A stretch of DNA of 64,000 nucleotides from Scyliorhinus canicula. Taxonomy: Eukaryota. The stretch spans positions 45,609,870-45,673,869 of the forward strand of contig NC_052166.1 in NCBI RefSeq assembly GCF_902713615.1. The letters run 5' to 3'. Under the pieces are notes generated by a model that was given only the letters and a program-made list of their open reading frames with translations, searched no databases and was not told the DNA's origin. Below are positions 62,015 through 64,000 of this stretch, one piece after another (the first letter of the stretch is position 1; the number at the start of each line of letters is the position of its first letter). The position numbers were made by a program, and so were the translations under genes.

Positions 62015-63830
62015 GACTTAACGGTGGTGACATGCAGAGAGCAGTCACACATGAGTTGGCTCTTGCCAGAGGACTTTGATTTTGGCCCTTTCACCCCTTT
62101 TATTGGGGATAATTTTGGGGCAAACTTTATTAGTTTGATGGGATATGGTTCCCACGTAAAAGGAATTCCCAAAAAGTACTAAAGCAGGCAAGTAAAGAAT
62201 CGTCAGACCCGTCTGCTGAGAAAAATGGTGGAGGCTCCTGCTGAGATTTTGGCTACTCCGCTGACAGCCGAAATGCTGACAGGCATCTTGGCGGTGGAGC
62301 TTAAGAAGTTACAGCAGGCTGTTTCTGAGGACCTCAACAGAACTGGCCTTGGTGAAAATGGACCAGATGGTAAAATTGCAAGGCTCAGTGATATAGCGTG
62401 TGGAGGTGGCCCTCTCGAGGCAGAGTGACCAGATCGTCACCTTGGAAGCTGAGATGGCAAGGATGGCCGGGAATGACAAGGCGCTGAGGGCCAAGGTGGA
62501 TGATTTGGAGAATCGCTTCAGAAGGCAGAACTTGAGAATCATGAAGGCCAGAATCCAAAGGAATATATGTCGCAGAAGTTTGGGAAGATGGTGAGGCAGG
62601 GTAGAATGACAACCCCTCCCCAGCCCACAGGTCACTCAGGCAAAAGCCCCATTCTGGTGAACCATTGCGGGTGATCATCGTGGAGTTGCATAGTTACCTG
62701 GAGAGGAAGCGAGTCCTGTGGAGAGCAAAGTACCATCGGAACTATATATGGGAGGGTGGGACAATAAATTGGAGGGCCATGCCATTAGGCTCTACCAGGA
62801 TGTGGAAGTGGAACTGGCTAAGAGGAGTGCTGTATAATAATAATCATCTTTATTAGTGTCACATGGTATTCAACAAGGCCAAGGCTGCATTGTACAGGAA
62901 CAATGTTTGATTTGTTGTGGTATATCCTGCACGCCTCCGAGTGTCTTACGATTCGACAGACCACTATTTTGATGTGCCAGAGGAGGCAGATGCATTTGTG
63001 AAGAAGCATGGGTTTAGGTTGGGTGAAATGTGAATTGTATTTATTGTGACATCTCTGTTTGGGCAAAGGGCATTTTGGGGATTTAGTGGGGTTTTTCTGA
63101 GCATTTTGGAGTTTGTATTTTTGTTGTACATTTATGGGATGGGCATTGTTCTTTTTTCTTTTTTAATTTTATAATCTATTAAATTTGGGTGGGGGACTGG
63201 ATGGTGGTATGGTTATTTGTTCCATTTGTACTCTGAGTGGGGACCGTCCTGCTAGCTGTACAGTTAGTTAAAAGAAGCAGAATGCGGGCTGTTTGGGGGT
63301 GGGGGGGGGGGGGGGGGGGTGTTAACTGCACTCATTACATTTGGGGAGTTTTATGATGAGCTTAGGATTTCTGTTAACATTTTGTTTGGGTTTAGAGGTG
63401 AGAACATAGGAATTAGGAGTACAAAGTACAAGTATGGAATTCAGCCATTCGAGCCTGCCATTCAATCAAATCATGGCTGATCTATTCATGGTCTGAAATC
63501 CACCTCCCTGCCTGCTCTCCATATCCCTTTAACCCATGGGGAGGGAGGATCTGGGCCTTTGTTCATCTTGTTGCTATTTATTGGTTTACGTAGGTGTGGT
63601 AGTGGTGGAAGGCGAGCTGGTGGAGGGTTAGTTTTCTGACAGCGAACACAACTTTTTTTTTTCTGTGCTGAAGAGGGTTCGTGGTCATCTTGGGTGGGCC
63701 CGTGATGGCACTCTCTGGTAGTTGCTGGGTTACCCCGCATGATGGGAATGGCTAACTCTAGATACGGTAGGAGGGGGTGGTGGGGGGGTAGACGGCCTCC
63801 AGTCTGGCTGGTTCCTTGGAACGTAAGGGG
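62015..63830 (+). mobile_element. Degenerate L1-clade 5' portion (5' UTR, ORF1, inter-ORF region)
   Basis: LEAEMARM...KVDDLENRFRRQNLRI (L1 ORF1 coiled coil/RRM start). A downstream FNKAKAALY-like block is homologous to 23077-23325. Confidence 0.8.
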
Positions 63831-64000
63831 TGCCATGATGGAGAGATATTAGGGACGTGGGTCCAGAAATGGGGCCCAAGATGTAGCAGGTAATTCAGGG
63901 GTTAAACTGAAGGAAAAGACTGCAAGCAGCTGAATCAGAGGGGTACGCCTACAGCCTCTTGCCCCATTCAGACTTAACCTCTTTAGTGGGAATACACAGG

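Overview
This is eukaryotic, repeat-rich vertebrate DNA, most likely from a cartilaginous fish (shark). The basis is many HE1/V-SINE-type tRNA SINEs sharing a (TTCTATG)n tail with CR1/HER1-like LINEs, plus Deu-type SINEs, Penelope-like elements, L1, a Rex1/Babar-like LINE, LTR relics, a hAT element and many GC-rich PIF/Harbinger-like MITEs. No prokaryotic features, CRISPR arrays, rRNA genes or intact tRNA genes were seen. Most long ORFs in the track are spurious (G-rich repeat, GC-rich MITEs) or transposon fragments. The only convincing host coding sequence is three spliced + strand exons (57006-57050, 57267-57297, 58748-58996). They encode a signal-peptide-like N-terminus and a partial C-type-lectin-like module that resembles, from memory, the N-terminus of adhesion GPCR ADGRD2/GPR144. 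Highlights: (1) a young Penelope-like insertion forming a ~720-bp near-perfect inverted repeat, with a minimal hammerhead ribozyme in each arm and a 12-bp target duplication inside a CR1; (2) one SINE head carrying three different 3' tails that point to three LINE classes present in the window (CR1, Rex1/Babar-like, L1); (3) a modular GC-rich MITE family with 3-bp TSDs, terminal hairpins and repeated GCGCATGCGC motifs. Family names are by-eye recognitions, not database results.
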